NCBI GenBank assembly: GCA_050290185.1
Contig: JBNKHE010000012.1
Span: 1 to 47,830 of the forward strand
Length of the DNA stretch: 47,830 bases
Source of the DNA: Pontiella sp.
GTDB taxonomy: Bacteria; Verrucomicrobiota; Kiritimatiellia; Kiritimatiellales; Pontiellaceae
Reading direction: 5' to 3'
The notes beneath the pieces were generated by a model, which was not told where the DNA came from, did no database searches, and was given only the letters and a program-made list of their open reading frames with translations. The number at the start of each line of letters is the position of its first letter. Positions within the stretch are counted from its first letter, which is position 1. Positions 36,804 to 47,144 of this stretch are shown piece after piece. Made by a program: the position numbers and the translations under genes.

Positions 36804-38291
36804 ATGAATAATGCCAAAACATGGCGGTGTGCGGTGTGTGGTCATATCCATTACGGGGACACACCACCCGCTACGTGCCCGGTCTGCGGCGTACCCTCAA
36901 GCGAGTTCGAGGAAATCGATGGAAAGACAGCGGAAGCGGACTCCAAAACATCTGCAGCGATAGCCAAGGCATGGAGATGCACCGTATGCGGGTATATCCA
37001 TTATGGCGACGAGCCCCCGGATGAGTGCCCCGTTTGCGGGGCGGCAGCCAACGAGTTCGAAGCCATCGAGCCGCCTAAGGAAGCTTCGGCCACACCGCCG
37101 TCCTCAGCCAGTAAAATCGTCATTTCCGGTAGCGGCATAGCCGGCCTTTCGGCGGCCGAGGGCGCGAGGGAAGCATCGCCGGACGCCGAGATCGTTCTGC
37201 TCACTTCCGAAAATGAACTCCCCTACTACCGCCTGAACCTTACCCGCTATCTCGCGGGCGAAACCTCCGATGATGAACTGCCGATACACCCGGAAACGTG
37301 GTACGCGGAACAACGAATCCAAATACAGACCGGGGCACAGTTGACCCGGCTCCTTCCCCAGGAGATGGCGATCGAGCTCGCCGATGGAACACACATCGAA
37401 TACGACAAGCTCATCGTAGCAACGGGTGCCCGGCCCTTCATACCCCCAATCCCCGGCAACGACCGCCCCCATGTCCATACGCTCCGCACAGCTCATGATG
37501 CAAAAGCAATTCTTGCCGCAGTAAAGCAAGGAACACAGGTGGTTTGCATCGGCGGCGGGATTCTGGGCCTGGAAACAGCGGGAGCCCTGGCCCGGCAAGG
37601 TGCGGACGTAACGGTACTGGAGGCCTTCGACTATCTGATGCCCCGACAGCTGAATGCCGAAGGGAGCGAGGTGCTTGCCAGGCACCTCTATACCCTCGGG
37701 ATCGATGTCCTGACCCAGACCAAGACGGAAAGAATTGAAACCAAAACCGTCGAACTGGCGGATGGCGGCGCGTTACCGGCCGATCTGGTGGTGATCACGG
37801 TGGGCGTGCGCGCCAATACCGGCGTGCTGGCAGAAGCGGGCCTCCCTGTGCATCAGGGAGTTCTCGTGGACAACTTCATGCGCACCTCGAATCCCAACAT
37901 TCTGGCTGCGGGGGATGTTTGCGAGCATGACGGTGTGATGTATGGCTCCTGGGCGGCGGCGAAGTATCAGGGAAAGATCGCCGGCATGAATGCCGCCGGT
38001 GTGCCGACAGAGTTTGGCGGCATTCCCCGGGCACACACCCTGAAGGTACTGGACAAAAACATGTTCAGCATAGGCGAAATTTCATCGCGCGATGGCAGCT
38101 ACATGAAAATTGATGAACAGCTCGACGAAAACTATCGGATGTTCATGCTGCATGACAATGTTCTGATCGGGGCATTGCTGATTGGGGACCTCTCGCTGAT
38201 GGCCCCATGCCGTAAAGCCATAGAACACGCCACCGCGCTGGGTTCCATGACAACCGCCGAACAAGTGGCCGCAGCCCTCATAGAGAGTTAA
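36804..38291 (+). CDS. FAD-dependent NAD(P)H oxidoreductase with two N-terminal rubredoxin-like domains
   Basis: WRC.VCG.IHYG..PP..CPVCG twice; GSGIAG, YDKL.VATGA, GGGILGLE, AAGD; start moved to ATG 36804. Confidence 0.88.
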   Translation: MNNAKTWRCAVCGHIHYGDTPPATCPVCGVPSSEFEEIDGKTAEADSKTSAAIAKAWRCTVCGYIHYGDEPPDECPVCGAAANEFEAIEPPKEASATPPSSASKIVISGSGIAGLSAAEGAREASPDAEIVLLTSENELPYYRLNLTRYLAGETSDDELPIHPETWYAEQRIQIQTGAQLTRLLPQEMAIELADGTHIEYDKLIVATGARPFIPPIPGNDRPHVHTLRTAHDAKAILAAVKQGTQVVCIGGGILGLETAGALARQGADVTVLEAFDYLMPRQLNAEGSEVLARHLYTLGIDVLTQTKTERIETKTVELADGGALPADLVVITVGVRANTGVLAEAGLPVHQGVLVDNFMRTSNPNILAAGDVCEHDGVMYGSWAAAKYQGKIAGMNAAGVPTEFGGIPRAHTLKVLDKNMFSIGEISSRDGSYMKIDEQLDENYRMFMLHDNVLIGALLIGDLSLMAPCRKAIEHATALGSMTTAEQVAAALIES

Positions 38292-39552
38292 GCAATTCCG
38301 CAAGCCTGCCCTTGGCGACTTCCAGGCGGTCGAGCAACATTTCGTGAACAGCCATACTGACCTCTTCGAAATCGTCCCGGCTATCGATGAGCCGATCTAG
38401 CTCGTTTTGCAGGTGCTCGAAATCGCATTCCTCAACACTGCCCGCAGACACATGCCCAAACGGCGATAGAAAATTATCCACTTTCGAGCCCCGGCTGATG
38501 CCAATGATTGGCACGTGCAGCACCGAGGCGAGAATCAACAGATGCAACCGGCTGCTGATCACCAGATCCAACCGGCCGGCAATCGCAAGAATTTCGCGGG
38601 GTGTGCGTTGACCATGGATGACGACCGTGTGTTCTTTGTTCTGCATTCGATATCGCAAGCGTTCCATGAGCGGAGCATCGGTAGCATGGTTCATGGGCAG
38701 CAACACAATGCGGTAGTCCTGACCTGCCAGTCGATCCAGAAAATCGACCAGCTCCCGTTCGTGCACCAGTTGCCGCTGGGCGGAAATACACAATCCAATT
38801 TTGCGCTGACCCGATTCGAGTATGGTCCGTGCCAGTGGCGACAGCTCCACGTTTTTCCATGGCTCGGGTTTGAGCAGTTCGGCGGAATCGGCTCCGACCA
38901 TGGCGTGCGGCACCTCTCCGCACTCATGCACCGCCGTCAGTGTTTCGGGATCACGCAACACCACCAGATCGGCCTGATTAAGCTGTTCAACGATCTTCTG
39001 CCGCGCCCGGGCCTGATTCGATTCTTCCACCCGCTTGACGAAATCGATTTTTTTAAGGGTCAGTGTCGAGAGCAAGTTGAGCAACCGTCTGCGTTTACCA
39101 GGCAACACGCCATAGATATAGGGATTGAGCTTCCGGTTCATCCCTACGCCCCACACCACAGTACGGGTGCCGGCCTGATGCGCAATTTCGAGCATGGAAA
39201 GGGGAATTTCCGGATAGTCGGAAAGACCGGTTGCTCCCGCCCATACAAACACATCGGCGTCGGAGATGCACTGGATCATTTGCGCCCTGCTATAGGGTGG
39301 CGAAAAGCCGAAGAGCGGGACGGTATCGACGTTCAGCCGCATGGCCGTGTTGTGTGGGTCATCCGTACTCACGGTAATATGAGCGGAGGGACGGATCTCG
39401 CGGATAATTCCGACGATGCATTCCAGAATGGCTTCATCACCGGCATTGTTGCGACCGAAGGGAACACCGCCTAATAAAATTTGTAACGACTGGCTCAAGC
39501 CACCTCCGATTGATCCCCTCTTGCGCAAACCATATCGGAGCGGTAAATCCAT
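38278..39552 (-). CDS. Polysaccharide pyruvyl transferase family protein (CsaB/WcaK-like)
   Basis: FG.NNAGDEAIL, VVLRD, AD.A, ISSRLH.LI.A....VP.IGI...KV; true start may be downstream of 39552. Confidence 0.82.
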   Translation of the reverse strand: MDLPLRYGLRKRGSIGGGLSQSLQILLGGVPFGRNNAGDEAILECIVGIIREIRPSAHITVSTDDPHNTAMRLNVDTVPLFGFSPPYSRAQMIQCISDADVFVWAGATGLSDYPEIPLSMLEIAHQAGTRTVVWGVGMNRKLNPYIYGVLPGKRRRLLNLLSTLTLKKIDFVKRVEESNQARARQKIVEQLNQADLVVLRDPETLTAVHECGEVPHAMVGADSAELLKPEPWKNVELSPLARTILESGQRKIGLCISAQRQLVHERELVDFLDRLAGQDYRIVLLPMNHATDAPLMERLRYRMQNKEHTVVIHGQRTPREILAIAGRLDLVISSRLHLLILASVLHVPIIGISRGSKVDNFLSPFGHVSAGSVEECDFEHLQNELDRLIDSRDDFEEVSMAVHEMLLDRLEVAKGRLAELLNSL

Positions 39553-39604
39553 GTCATCAAAAAGCGGCTTTTAATACCTCGCAGTTCACCCTATAAGTTT
39601 ATTC

Positions 39605-40174
39605 ATGGAACGTTATCCAAATATCGGAAAGCTGGTACTGGCCAGTGCATCGCCCCGGCGCCGCGATCTGCTTGCTTCGCTCGGGGTTGAGTTTACCGTT
39701 CAGGTACCCGAAACCGACGAAACACCAAGGGCAGGGGAACTCCCGCATAGCTTTGCCGAGCGCCTGGCCGGCGAAAAGGCGGCGGCCATTCATGCAACCC
39801 CGGATACCACCGTAATCGCAGCGGACACGATCGTGGTTCAAGGCAGCGCGATTCTCGGCAAACCTTCGGACGAAACCGAGGCGTTTAAAATGCTCTCTGG
39901 CCTTTCCGGGCAATCTCATCAGGTGATCACCGCGATCTGTGTTAAACAGGGAGAACGGCGCCACGTATTTTCGGTTACCACCGAAGTCGTTTTCCGTGCG
40001 CTGGTTCAGTCGGAAATCGAAACCTACATCGCCTCCGGCTGCCCGATGGATAAAGCGGGGGCATACGCCATTCAGGGTGGCGCCGCCCATATGGTGCGTT
40101 CCATCAACGGATCCTACACCAACGTCGTGGGATTACCGCTGTGCGAACTTCATGAAGCCTTGGCGTCTTTTTGA
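39605..40174 (+). CDS. maf: Maf-family nucleoside triphosphate pyrophosphatase
   Basis: LASASPRR, AADTIV, LGKP, DKAGAYAIQG, NVVGLP. Confidence 0.94.
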   Translation: MERYPNIGKLVLASASPRRRDLLASLGVEFTVQVPETDETPRAGELPHSFAERLAGEKAAAIHATPDTTVIAADTIVVQGSAILGKPSDETEAFKMLSGLSGQSHQVITAICVKQGERRHVFSVTTEVVFRALVQSEIETYIASGCPMDKAGAYAIQGGAAHMVRSINGSYTNVVGLPLCELHEALASF

Positions 40175-40231
40175 TTCATTTCACCTAGAAGTAGGTATAT
40201 AATCTGCTACTTGGTATAATCCGGACAACTG

Positions 40232-41743
40232 ATGCTGAAATTCGTACAAATAGCCTTTTGTGAATATATCCCCATGCAAGGGTGCATGGGTACGGCTGGC
40301 TTTCCCGAATGGCTACAGAGGAGCGACGCGTCCGATACTTTCCTTACGGTCATCCTGTCGTTCATCATATTGATGCTGATCGGCATACTCCGGCATATTC
40401 GGCGAATGCGCATTGCATTGACCCGGGAGGCGTTGGCCTTACAGAAAAGTGAAGAGCATATTCGCGCGATGGGTGATAATCTATCGAACGTAACCATTTT
40501 CCAGCTTGTGCACGACCCCCATGCCGGGACCTTCAGCTTCGGCTTTATAAGCAAGGGTGTGGAACACACCTTGGGGGTAGACCGCACGCATATCATGGAT
40601 GACGCCCGAATAGTGCTGGATCTGGTCTTCGAAGAAGACATGGCCAAACTCAATGCGGCCCTCGCTGCGGCAACTGAACATCTTGAACCAACCAACATGG
40701 AAATCCGCATCCTTGATGCGACCGGAACATACAAATGGCTGCACATCAATGCCATGCCCCAATATATTGAACAATCGATTGTCTGGGACGGGTTCATGAT
40801 GGATATCTCGGATAAGAAGGCCATCGAACTGTCCGTGGTTGAGGAAAGCCGCAATTTTCAAAATCTATTTGAAACCATCGATGATTTCCTGCTGGTTTGC
40901 GATATGGACGGAAAGCTCCTGCACTCCAATCCGGCACTGGAGCAACGTCTGGGCTATTCCCATCAGGAACTTGCCGAGATGAGCATCTTTGAGCTCTACC
41001 CCGGAGACGCCCAGCCGGATGTCTACCGGACGATCGCCGAACTGCATTCGGATCCGTCGGCTACCTGCAGAGTACCCCTTCAAATGAGAAGCGGCGCGCA
41101 CATTCTAGTCGAAATGAACCTATTCCAGGGAACCTGGAAGCAGACCAGAGCCATCTTTGGCGTTGCCCGTGACGTTGCCCGCTTCCAGCAAACCGAAATC
41201 GCACTGCGGGAATCCCAGAAAATTCTTCAACTCATCATCGATTCCATTCCCATGTCGATCTTCTGGAAAGACAAGGACTCCGTATATCTCGGATGCAACA
41301 ACGCCTTCATTCAGGAATGTCAACTCAACCATATCGATGACGTTGTCGGGAAAACGCCGTTTGATCTCTTCGACCAGCCCTTGGCAATGAACGTGATTGA
41401 AAGAGATCAAAGTGTACTGAATACCAATGAGTCCCTGATGAACCATTCCGAGTCGCATACCTTGCCCGACGGACGGATCGGGTGGCGTGAGATCAGCCTG
41501 ATTCCCATGAGAAGCGAACTAGGAAGGGCCATCGGCGTGCTGGGTGTCTGGCGCGACGTCACCGAACAAAACAAAGCGGAAGAACGCCTCAAACGCACAC
41601 TGGACGACATGGAACGCTTCAACCAGCTTATGCGTGGCCGCGAGCGACGCACATTGGAACTGAAGGATGAAATTAACGATCTGCTGTTGGAGCTGGAAAG
41701 GCCAAAGAAATACCGCACCACTGCAGAAGACATGACACAATGA
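40232..41743 (+). CDS. Membrane-anchored triple-PAS sensor without output domain, ending in a coiled-coil tail
   Basis: One TM, three PAS/PAC units (..MDISDKK, ..RDVA, FWKD...YLGCN..RDVTEQ), terminal ERFN..GRE.R..LK.EIN; no HisKA, GGDEF or REC. Confidence 0.85.
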   Translation: MLKFVQIAFCEYIPMQGCMGTAGFPEWLQRSDASDTFLTVILSFIILMLIGILRHIRRMRIALTREALALQKSEEHIRAMGDNLSNVTIFQLVHDPHAGTFSFGFISKGVEHTLGVDRTHIMDDARIVLDLVFEEDMAKLNAALAAATEHLEPTNMEIRILDATGTYKWLHINAMPQYIEQSIVWDGFMMDISDKKAIELSVVEESRNFQNLFETIDDFLLVCDMDGKLLHSNPALEQRLGYSHQELAEMSIFELYPGDAQPDVYRTIAELHSDPSATCRVPLQMRSGAHILVEMNLFQGTWKQTRAIFGVARDVARFQQTEIALRESQKILQLIIDSIPMSIFWKDKDSVYLGCNNAFIQECQLNHIDDVVGKTPFDLFDQPLAMNVIERDQSVLNTNESLMNHSESHTLPDGRIGWREISLIPMRSELGRAIGVLGVWRDVTEQNKAEERLKRTLDDMERFNQLMRGRERRTLELKDEINDLLLELERPKKYRTTAEDMTQ

Positions 41744-42227
41744 AAAAAGGTAACATAACGCCTGCCATTAAACATCCGTACCGCTGCTTCGGAGTAGCCG
41801 TCGCAGTCTATATTTCTGGCGTATTCGGCTTTTCGGCATGGTCCTTTGTTACACACCACGCAATGATGGATGCCGCAGAAGGCCCGTTATTGAACTCACA
41901 AATAATAAGTTCACTGAAATTGCCCTGGTCGAGTCTTTAGAGAGTCTTTTCCTACTCATAATGTCCTTTATTCTGATCGGCCTTTATCGACGCGCCAGTA
42001 TCCAGAGCACGCACCACATGGAAGAGCTCAATGCACAGCTTAAACAGGATTTCCAGCGATTGAAAAAACACGAGACGGAACTTGAGGATGCGATTCGGGA
42101 TCTTGAGCGGTTCAACGCCTTGGCCACGGGCCGCGAGCAACGGATTCTTAAACTCAAGACCGAAGTGAACACGCTTCTCCAGACCATGAACCAGCCCAAG
42201 CGCTACGACACCGCACCATCTGAATAG
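41740..42227 (+). CDS. Two-TM membrane protein with the same coiled-coil tail; split by a 1-nt frameshift
   Basis: ORF 41740-41940 (TM1, ATGA overlap with the upstream gene) and ORF 41838-42227 (TM2 plus ERFN..GRE tail) join if one C is added at GGCCC 41881-85. Confidence 0.65.
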
Positions 42228-42246
42228 GCATCGCTGATTCAATACC

Positions 42247-44751
42247 ATGAGCAAGGGAATCAAAATCGAATACAGATTAGGCATCGGATATGCCGTGGGT
42301 GCCGTGGCAAACGTCCTGTTGCTTGCTCTTGCCATCTATGGCCTCTCCTTGGTCACCGATCCCTTTTTCTTCTATTTCGCAGGACTATTCCTCTTGATTG
42401 TGGCCTTCGTCGGCTATCTGGCAGGACGTTTTGTCGGCCGACGCATAGAACAGGAAAATGCGCTGAACAATCAGGAATTAGCGGAACAGCTCGAATCCAT
42501 GCAGGCCTTGGCGAAAGCAAACGAATTTCTCGAGACCGAAGCCGCCGGATTGAAGAAACACCGCAAGGCGCTCTTAAGCATCATGGAAGATGCCGAACGC
42601 TACAACCTGGAGCTGAAGCGGGAAGTGGCCGAACGAAAGAACGCCGAAGCAGAAGCGGCCCACGCCCGCGATAACATGGAACTGATTCTATACGGTGGAG
42701 ATCTGGGATACTGGAACTGGGATATTGCCGAGAACAACTATACGTTCAACGAACGCTTCGCAGCCATTCTTGGGATCCCGTTTGAAAAGATCGATACGTA
42801 TGCGGACTGGAGAAGCCGGCACATTCATGCGGACGATCTCGAACAGGTCAAGCATGAGCTCACACTCCATCTGGAGGGCAAAAGCGATATCTTTACCTGC
42901 GAATACCGTATGCACCGCAATAATGAATGGATATGGATTCTCGACCGCGGCCGCGTTATCGAACGCAACAAGGAGGACAAACCGGTTCGCATGGTTGGAA
43001 CCCTGCTCGATATTACCGACCGTAAAAGATACGAACTCGAAACCAAGGAAGCAAACCGGATGCTGGATAAACGAAGCCGCGAGCTCGAAGAAAACCAGCA
43101 CATTATCATGGGTATGATGGAAGATGCCAACGACGCCCGCGAAAGCCTAGAGCAAGCCAACCGACAGCTGTTGATCGCCCGCGAAAAAGCCGAACAGGCC
43201 ACCCGGGCAAAATCCGACTTTCTTGCCAGCATGAGCCACGAAATCCGTACGCCGATGAACGGCATCATTGGAACGGCCAGTCTCCTGAACGACACGAACC
43301 TCAACCCTGAACAGGAGGAATATCTCCGCATTGTACAGACCTCCGGCGATGCCCTTCTTACTCTGCTCAACGACATTCTGGACTTCTCAAAGATCGAGGC
43401 GGGGAAACTCGATCTGGAGCAGCACTCCTTCGACCTGCGCGAAGTTTGCGAGCACATCACGGAACTGCTCATGCCCACGGCATTGGAAAAGGGCATCGAT
43501 TTGATTCTGCGCTACGCGCCCGGAACCCCCCCGCTGGTCATAGGAGATGCAGGGAGAGTCCGGCAGGTTCTTATGAACCTGATCGGCAATGCGCTTAAAT
43601 TCACGCGGGAAGGCTATGTCTTCATCGATATCGAAGCTGTGGCCGGCACAGACATCGAGACCACGATCCACTTTTCCATCAAAGATACCGGCATCGGTAT
43701 TTCGCGCGAAGAACTCCCCCTGCTCTTTGAAAAATTCTCGCAAGCCGACTCATCCACCACCCGCGAATTCGGAGGAACCGGGCTGGGACTGGCCATCTGC
43801 AAACAACTCATCACACTCATGGGCGGAAAAATCGGTATGGAAAGCGAGCTCGGCAAGGGTTCCAATTTCTGGTTCCGGCTCAACCTTCCCGTATCCTCCC
43901 AACCGCAACAGCGCACAATCGACAGAACCTTCTTCAATGGCGAGGGCGTCGTGACCATCGATGAAAACATAAACATGGGTAAAATCTTAGTGGAGTGGTT
44001 GAATCGCTGGGGCTTGAAGGCCGAGACTGCAGCATCCCTGAAAGATGCGGAACGCACTGTCCGCGAAAACCGTTGCCGGATTGTGTTGATGGAGGAACAT
44101 CTCGCCTACGACACCGAGAATCCATTCCTTAACAATCCCGAATTTGAATATCTCTCCCTGTTCATCGTCTGCTCGGCTGCCAACCGCGATTTCCGCTCAC
44201 TTGATCATGCCGGACAGACCACGAACCTCATAAAACCCATTCGGCTCGGAACCCTGCTTTCAAAAATCTCCCTTGTTCTGGACTATCCCGTCACGCTCGA
44301 CAGCCTCCATACAGAAGGGGTGAAAACCGCCGCCATACCGGTTGTCGAAATGTCCTCCATCGAATTGGTCGGCACCCATCGTATTCTTGTGGTCGAAGAT
44401 AATCTGGTCAATCAAACGGTAGCCAAACGGATCCTTGTCAAGGAGGGGTACGAGGTCGATGTGGCCGAAAATGGCGAACAGGCTGTGCACAAGATTGGCA
44501 ATGGTAGCAAATACGACCTCATCTTCATGGACTGCCAAATGCCGCGCATGGATGGCTACGAAGCATCCCGGAGGATTCGCAGCATGGAGGAAACGGTCCA
44601 TGCCGAACCCCGAATTCCGATCATTGCGCTAACTGCCAATGCGATGCAGGGCGACCGGCAAAAGTGCTTGGATGCGGGGATGGATGACTACATCGCCAAA
44701 CCGGTCAAAAAAGAGGCCATTTTTGAAATGCTGCGACGGCATCTGGACTAG
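42247..44751 (+). CDS. Hybrid sensor histidine kinase (2 TM, PAS, HisKA, HATPase, pseudo-REC, REC)
   Basis: [33 protein letters not shown]...[21 protein letters not shown]; first REC has IVLME. Confidence 0.95.
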   Translation: MSKGIKIEYRLGIGYAVGAVANVLLLALAIYGLSLVTDPFFFYFAGLFLLIVAFVGYLAGRFVGRRIEQENALNNQELAEQLESMQALAKANEFLETEAAGLKKHRKALLSIMEDAERYNLELKREVAERKNAEAEAAHARDNMELILYGGDLGYWNWDIAENNYTFNERFAAILGIPFEKIDTYADWRSRHIHADDLEQVKHELTLHLEGKSDIFTCEYRMHRNNEWIWILDRGRVIERNKEDKPVRMVGTLLDITDRKRYELETKEANRMLDKRSRELEENQHIIMGMMEDANDARESLEQANRQLLIAREKAEQATRAKSDFLASMSHEIRTPMNGIIGTASLLNDTNLNPEQEEYLRIVQTSGDALLTLLNDILDFSKIEAGKLDLEQHSFDLREVCEHITELLMPTALEKGIDLILRYAPGTPPLVIGDAGRVRQVLMNLIGNALKFTREGYVFIDIEAVAGTDIETTIHFSIKDTGIGISREELPLLFEKFSQADSSTTREFGGTGLGLAICKQLITLMGGKIGMESELGKGSNFWFRLNLPVSSQPQQRTIDRTFFNGEGVVTIDENINMGKILVEWLNRWGLKAETAASLKDAERTVRENRCRIVLMEEHLAYDTENPFLNNPEFEYLSLFIVCSAANRDFRSLDHAGQTTNLIKPIRLGTLLSKISLVLDYPVTLDSLHTEGVKTAAIPVVEMSSIELVGTHRILVVEDNLVNQTVAKRILVKEGYEVDVAENGEQAVHKIGNGSKYDLIFMDCQMPRMDGYEASRRIRSMEETVHAEPRIPIIALTANAMQGDRQKCLDAGMDDYIAKPVKKEAIFEMLRRHLD

Positions 44752-44756
44752 AGGCA

Positions 44757-45242
44757 TCAGTCCGGCAACCGGCAATCCTGACAACGCTGCTTCTTGCACC
44801 CCACCGCCTTGCAGAAATAGGCCTCTGCACTCTCCTGCCAGCTTGCATTGAAACTGGGGCACTTTTCGGTGTACTCGGCAAACCGGACGAACCGCTGAAG
44901 AATATCGTCCGGAATCGTATGCTCCATCGAACAGGCAAACTCCTCCGCCTCGGCCCGCTCGACTCCCAGCACCTGCGTAAAGAAATGCAGCAAGGCCTCG
45001 TGCTTCACGGCAATGCGGCCGGCAATCTCGCGGCCCTCGTCGGTCAAGGTGACCGATGCATAGGGAGCATAGTTGATCAAGTCCCGGTCCGCCAAGGCCT
45101 TCAATGCCCCCGTAACCGATGCGGCCCGGACCTTCATCCGCTTCGCGATCTCCTTGGGACGCGCCTTCCCCTCTTCTCTGGAAAGAAAGAAGATCGTTTC
45201 CAGATAGTCTTCAAGGCTGGCGCTGAGTTCGGGGCTGTTCAT
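44757..45242 (-). CDS. DtxR/MntR-family metal-dependent repressor with Cys-rich tail
   Basis: SLEDYLE.I, IA....V..ASVT.AL..L, LT..G...A, H..L..FF..VLG, AC.MEH. Confidence 0.9.
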   Translation of the reverse strand: MNSPELSASLEDYLETIFFLSREEGKARPKEIAKRMKVRAASVTGALKALADRDLINYAPYASVTLTDEGREIAGRIAVKHEALLHFFTQVLGVERAEAEEFACSMEHTIPDDILQRFVRFAEYTEKCPSFNASWQESAEAYFCKAVGCKKQRCQDCRLPD

Positions 45243-45268
45243 GAAAACGGGTCATAGCAGACCCGTTG

Positions 45269-45288
45269 AAGTAAGCTCAACCTAACTT
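45269..45288. promoter_or_regulatory. Putative DtxR-type autoregulatory operator
   Basis: AAGTAAG-ctcaac-CTAACTT imperfect palindrome just upstream of the DtxR-family gene. Confidence 0.45.
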
Positions 45289-45377
45289 ATGAATTATTTT
45301 CGCTCCACCCATCCCGCTGCCAGGATTCCGTCTAAATAACTCGCAATCCAGATCTTCATCCATATGATGCCAAAACC

Positions 45378-47144
45378 ATGGATTTTAGCGGACAGATCAA
45401 GACCCTCTTCAAGTCACCGGAACGCCCCCACCCGCCCACTGCCGAACTTTCGGTAAAGGATGGAAAAGGCACTTCGGCCAAGGACTTTAAATGGATGAAA
45501 ATCAATGTTCCCTGCCAGAAGGCCTGCCCTGCAGGAACGGATATTCCGGCCTATTTAACCGCCATCGCCGAGGACAATCCCGATGAAGCCTACCGCATCA
45601 ACCTGCGCGACAATGTCTTTCCCGCCGTGCTCGGCCGGGTTTGTTCCCGTCCGTGCGAGGCGGTCTGCCGCCATGGATACGACGGTCTTGGTGATCCGGT
45701 AGCCATTTGTTTTTCCAAACGCTCCACAGCAGACTTCCAGACAGGCGGTCCGGTCCTGCTTGACCCATGGTTTCCACCTTCCGGAAAGCGGATCGCCGTC
45801 ATCGGCTCCGGGGTTGCCGGATTGACCGTCGCACGCAATCTAACGCTGTTGGGCCATGGCGTCACCGTATATGAAAAACATGCATCCCCGGGCGGCATGC
45901 TTAATCAGGGGATTCCTGAATTTCGACTCCCGAGGGAAATCATCGATCGTGAGATCAGGCAAATCACGGATCTTGGCATTGAAATTATGTGTAACACCGC
46001 CATCGGATCGGATCTCCCGCTTTCCGGCTTGCTGAATGAATTCGATGCCGTGGTCATGGCAGCCGGGACGTCCAAGCCCAACCTGCTCAACCTCCCCGGC
46101 CATGAACTTCCGGGCATCCGCCACGGGCTCGACTTTTTGCTGCAAGTCAATGAAACTGGCACCGCCGATATTGGCCGGCGCGTCATCGTAATCGGCGGGG
46201 GCTTCACCGCCATGGATTGCGCCCGCAGCGCCCAGCGACTGGGTGCCCGTACCGTGCAATGGGATCTGAAAGTGCTCTACCGGAAATCGAAAGAGGCGAT
46301 GCGCGTCACTCCCGGGGAACTGGAAGAACTCGAGAATGAGAAGATCCCGCTTGAATGCCACGCCACCCCGGTTTCATACTTGGCAACAGATGGGAAACTG
46401 ACCGGCATGCGTTTCCGCAACACCGAATCTGAAGAGGAATTCGATGTGCCGGCCGATACGGTGCTGCTCGCCACGGGGCAGTTCCCCGACGATTCATGGA
46501 TCGATGCCCGCGACAACCTCCACCCCCCCGAGCTGAACGAAAAAATTTTTGCGGCCGGCGACTTTGCCCAGGGATCCACTTCGCTGATTGACGCTATTGC
46601 CCATGCCAAGCAGACCGTGGAAAGCATCGACCGCTACCTCATGAACGAAGAACGGATAACCCGATACGTTCAGATCGAAAATGCCACAGAAACAGGCCGC
46701 ACGCCCGAGATGGACCACATTGAACGCCAGTCCATGCCGACCCTGCCTACTCCGGAGCGGGATCTGCCCAGCGAGGTTGAGCTCGGATACCAGAACCACG
46801 CAGCACGCGAAGAATCAAAGCGCTGCTACCGATGCAACTACAAGTTCGAGATTGATCAAGACAAGTGCATCAAGTGCGACTGGTGCCTCAAGGCCAAACC
46901 ACGCCCCGAATGCATCCTCATGCTCAAGGAGCTGAAACATGGAGAGCAGGGCCGCGTTGTTTCGTGGGAGTCGACGGATACGGTCCGCGATATGAATCTG
47001 ATCTGGATCAACCCCGATGAGTGCATCCGGTGCGGCGCCTGCCTCAAGGCCTGCCCGGTCGATGCCATCAACCTGCAGAAGGTTTCGCTTTGCACAGAGC
47101 CCTCAATCACACAAACTGATCCCAACTTGGAGACGCGCATATGA
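45378..47144 (+). CDS. GltD/NfnB-like FAD/Fe-S oxidoreductase with C-terminal 4Fe-4S ferredoxin domain
   Basis: CQKACP, GRVCSRPCE..C, GSGVAG, GIPEFRLP, GGGFTAMD, YRK; RCYRC, CIKCDWC, CIRCGAC..ACP. Confidence 0.85.
   Translation: MDFSGQIKTLFKSPERPHPPTAELSVKDGKGTSAKDFKWMKINVPCQKACPAGTDIPAYLTAIAEDNPDEAYRINLRDNVFPAVLGRVCSRPCEAVCRHGYDGLGDPVAICFSKRSTADFQTGGPVLLDPWFPPSGKRIAVIGSGVAGLTVARNLTLLGHGVTVYEKHASPGGMLNQGIPEFRLPREIIDREIRQITDLGIEIMCNTAIGSDLPLSGLLNEFDAVVMAAGTSKPNLLNLPGHELPGIRHGLDFLLQVNETGTADIGRRVIVIGGGFTAMDCARSAQRLGARTVQWDLKVLYRKSKEAMRVTPGELEELENEKIPLECHATPVSYLATDGKLTGMRFRNTESEEEFDVPADTVLLATGQFPDDSWIDARDNLHPPELNEKIFAAGDFAQGSTSLIDAIAHAKQTVESIDRYLMNEERITRYVQIENATETGRTPEMDHIERQSMPTLPTPERDLPSEVELGYQNHAAREESKRCYRCNYKFEIDQDKCIKCDWCLKAKPRPECILMLKELKHGEQGRVVSWESTDTVRDMNLIWINPDECIRCGACLKACPVDAINLQKVSLCTEPSITQTDPNLETRI

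Noticed and set aside
36804..38291. Nitrite reductase NirB
   Set aside because: Lacks BFD-like and siroheme/4Fe-4S domains; only the flavoprotein part is similar.
45378..47144. Glutamate synthase small subunit (gltD) or dsrL assignment
   Set aside because: No gltB or dsr genes in the window, so it is left as a family-level call.
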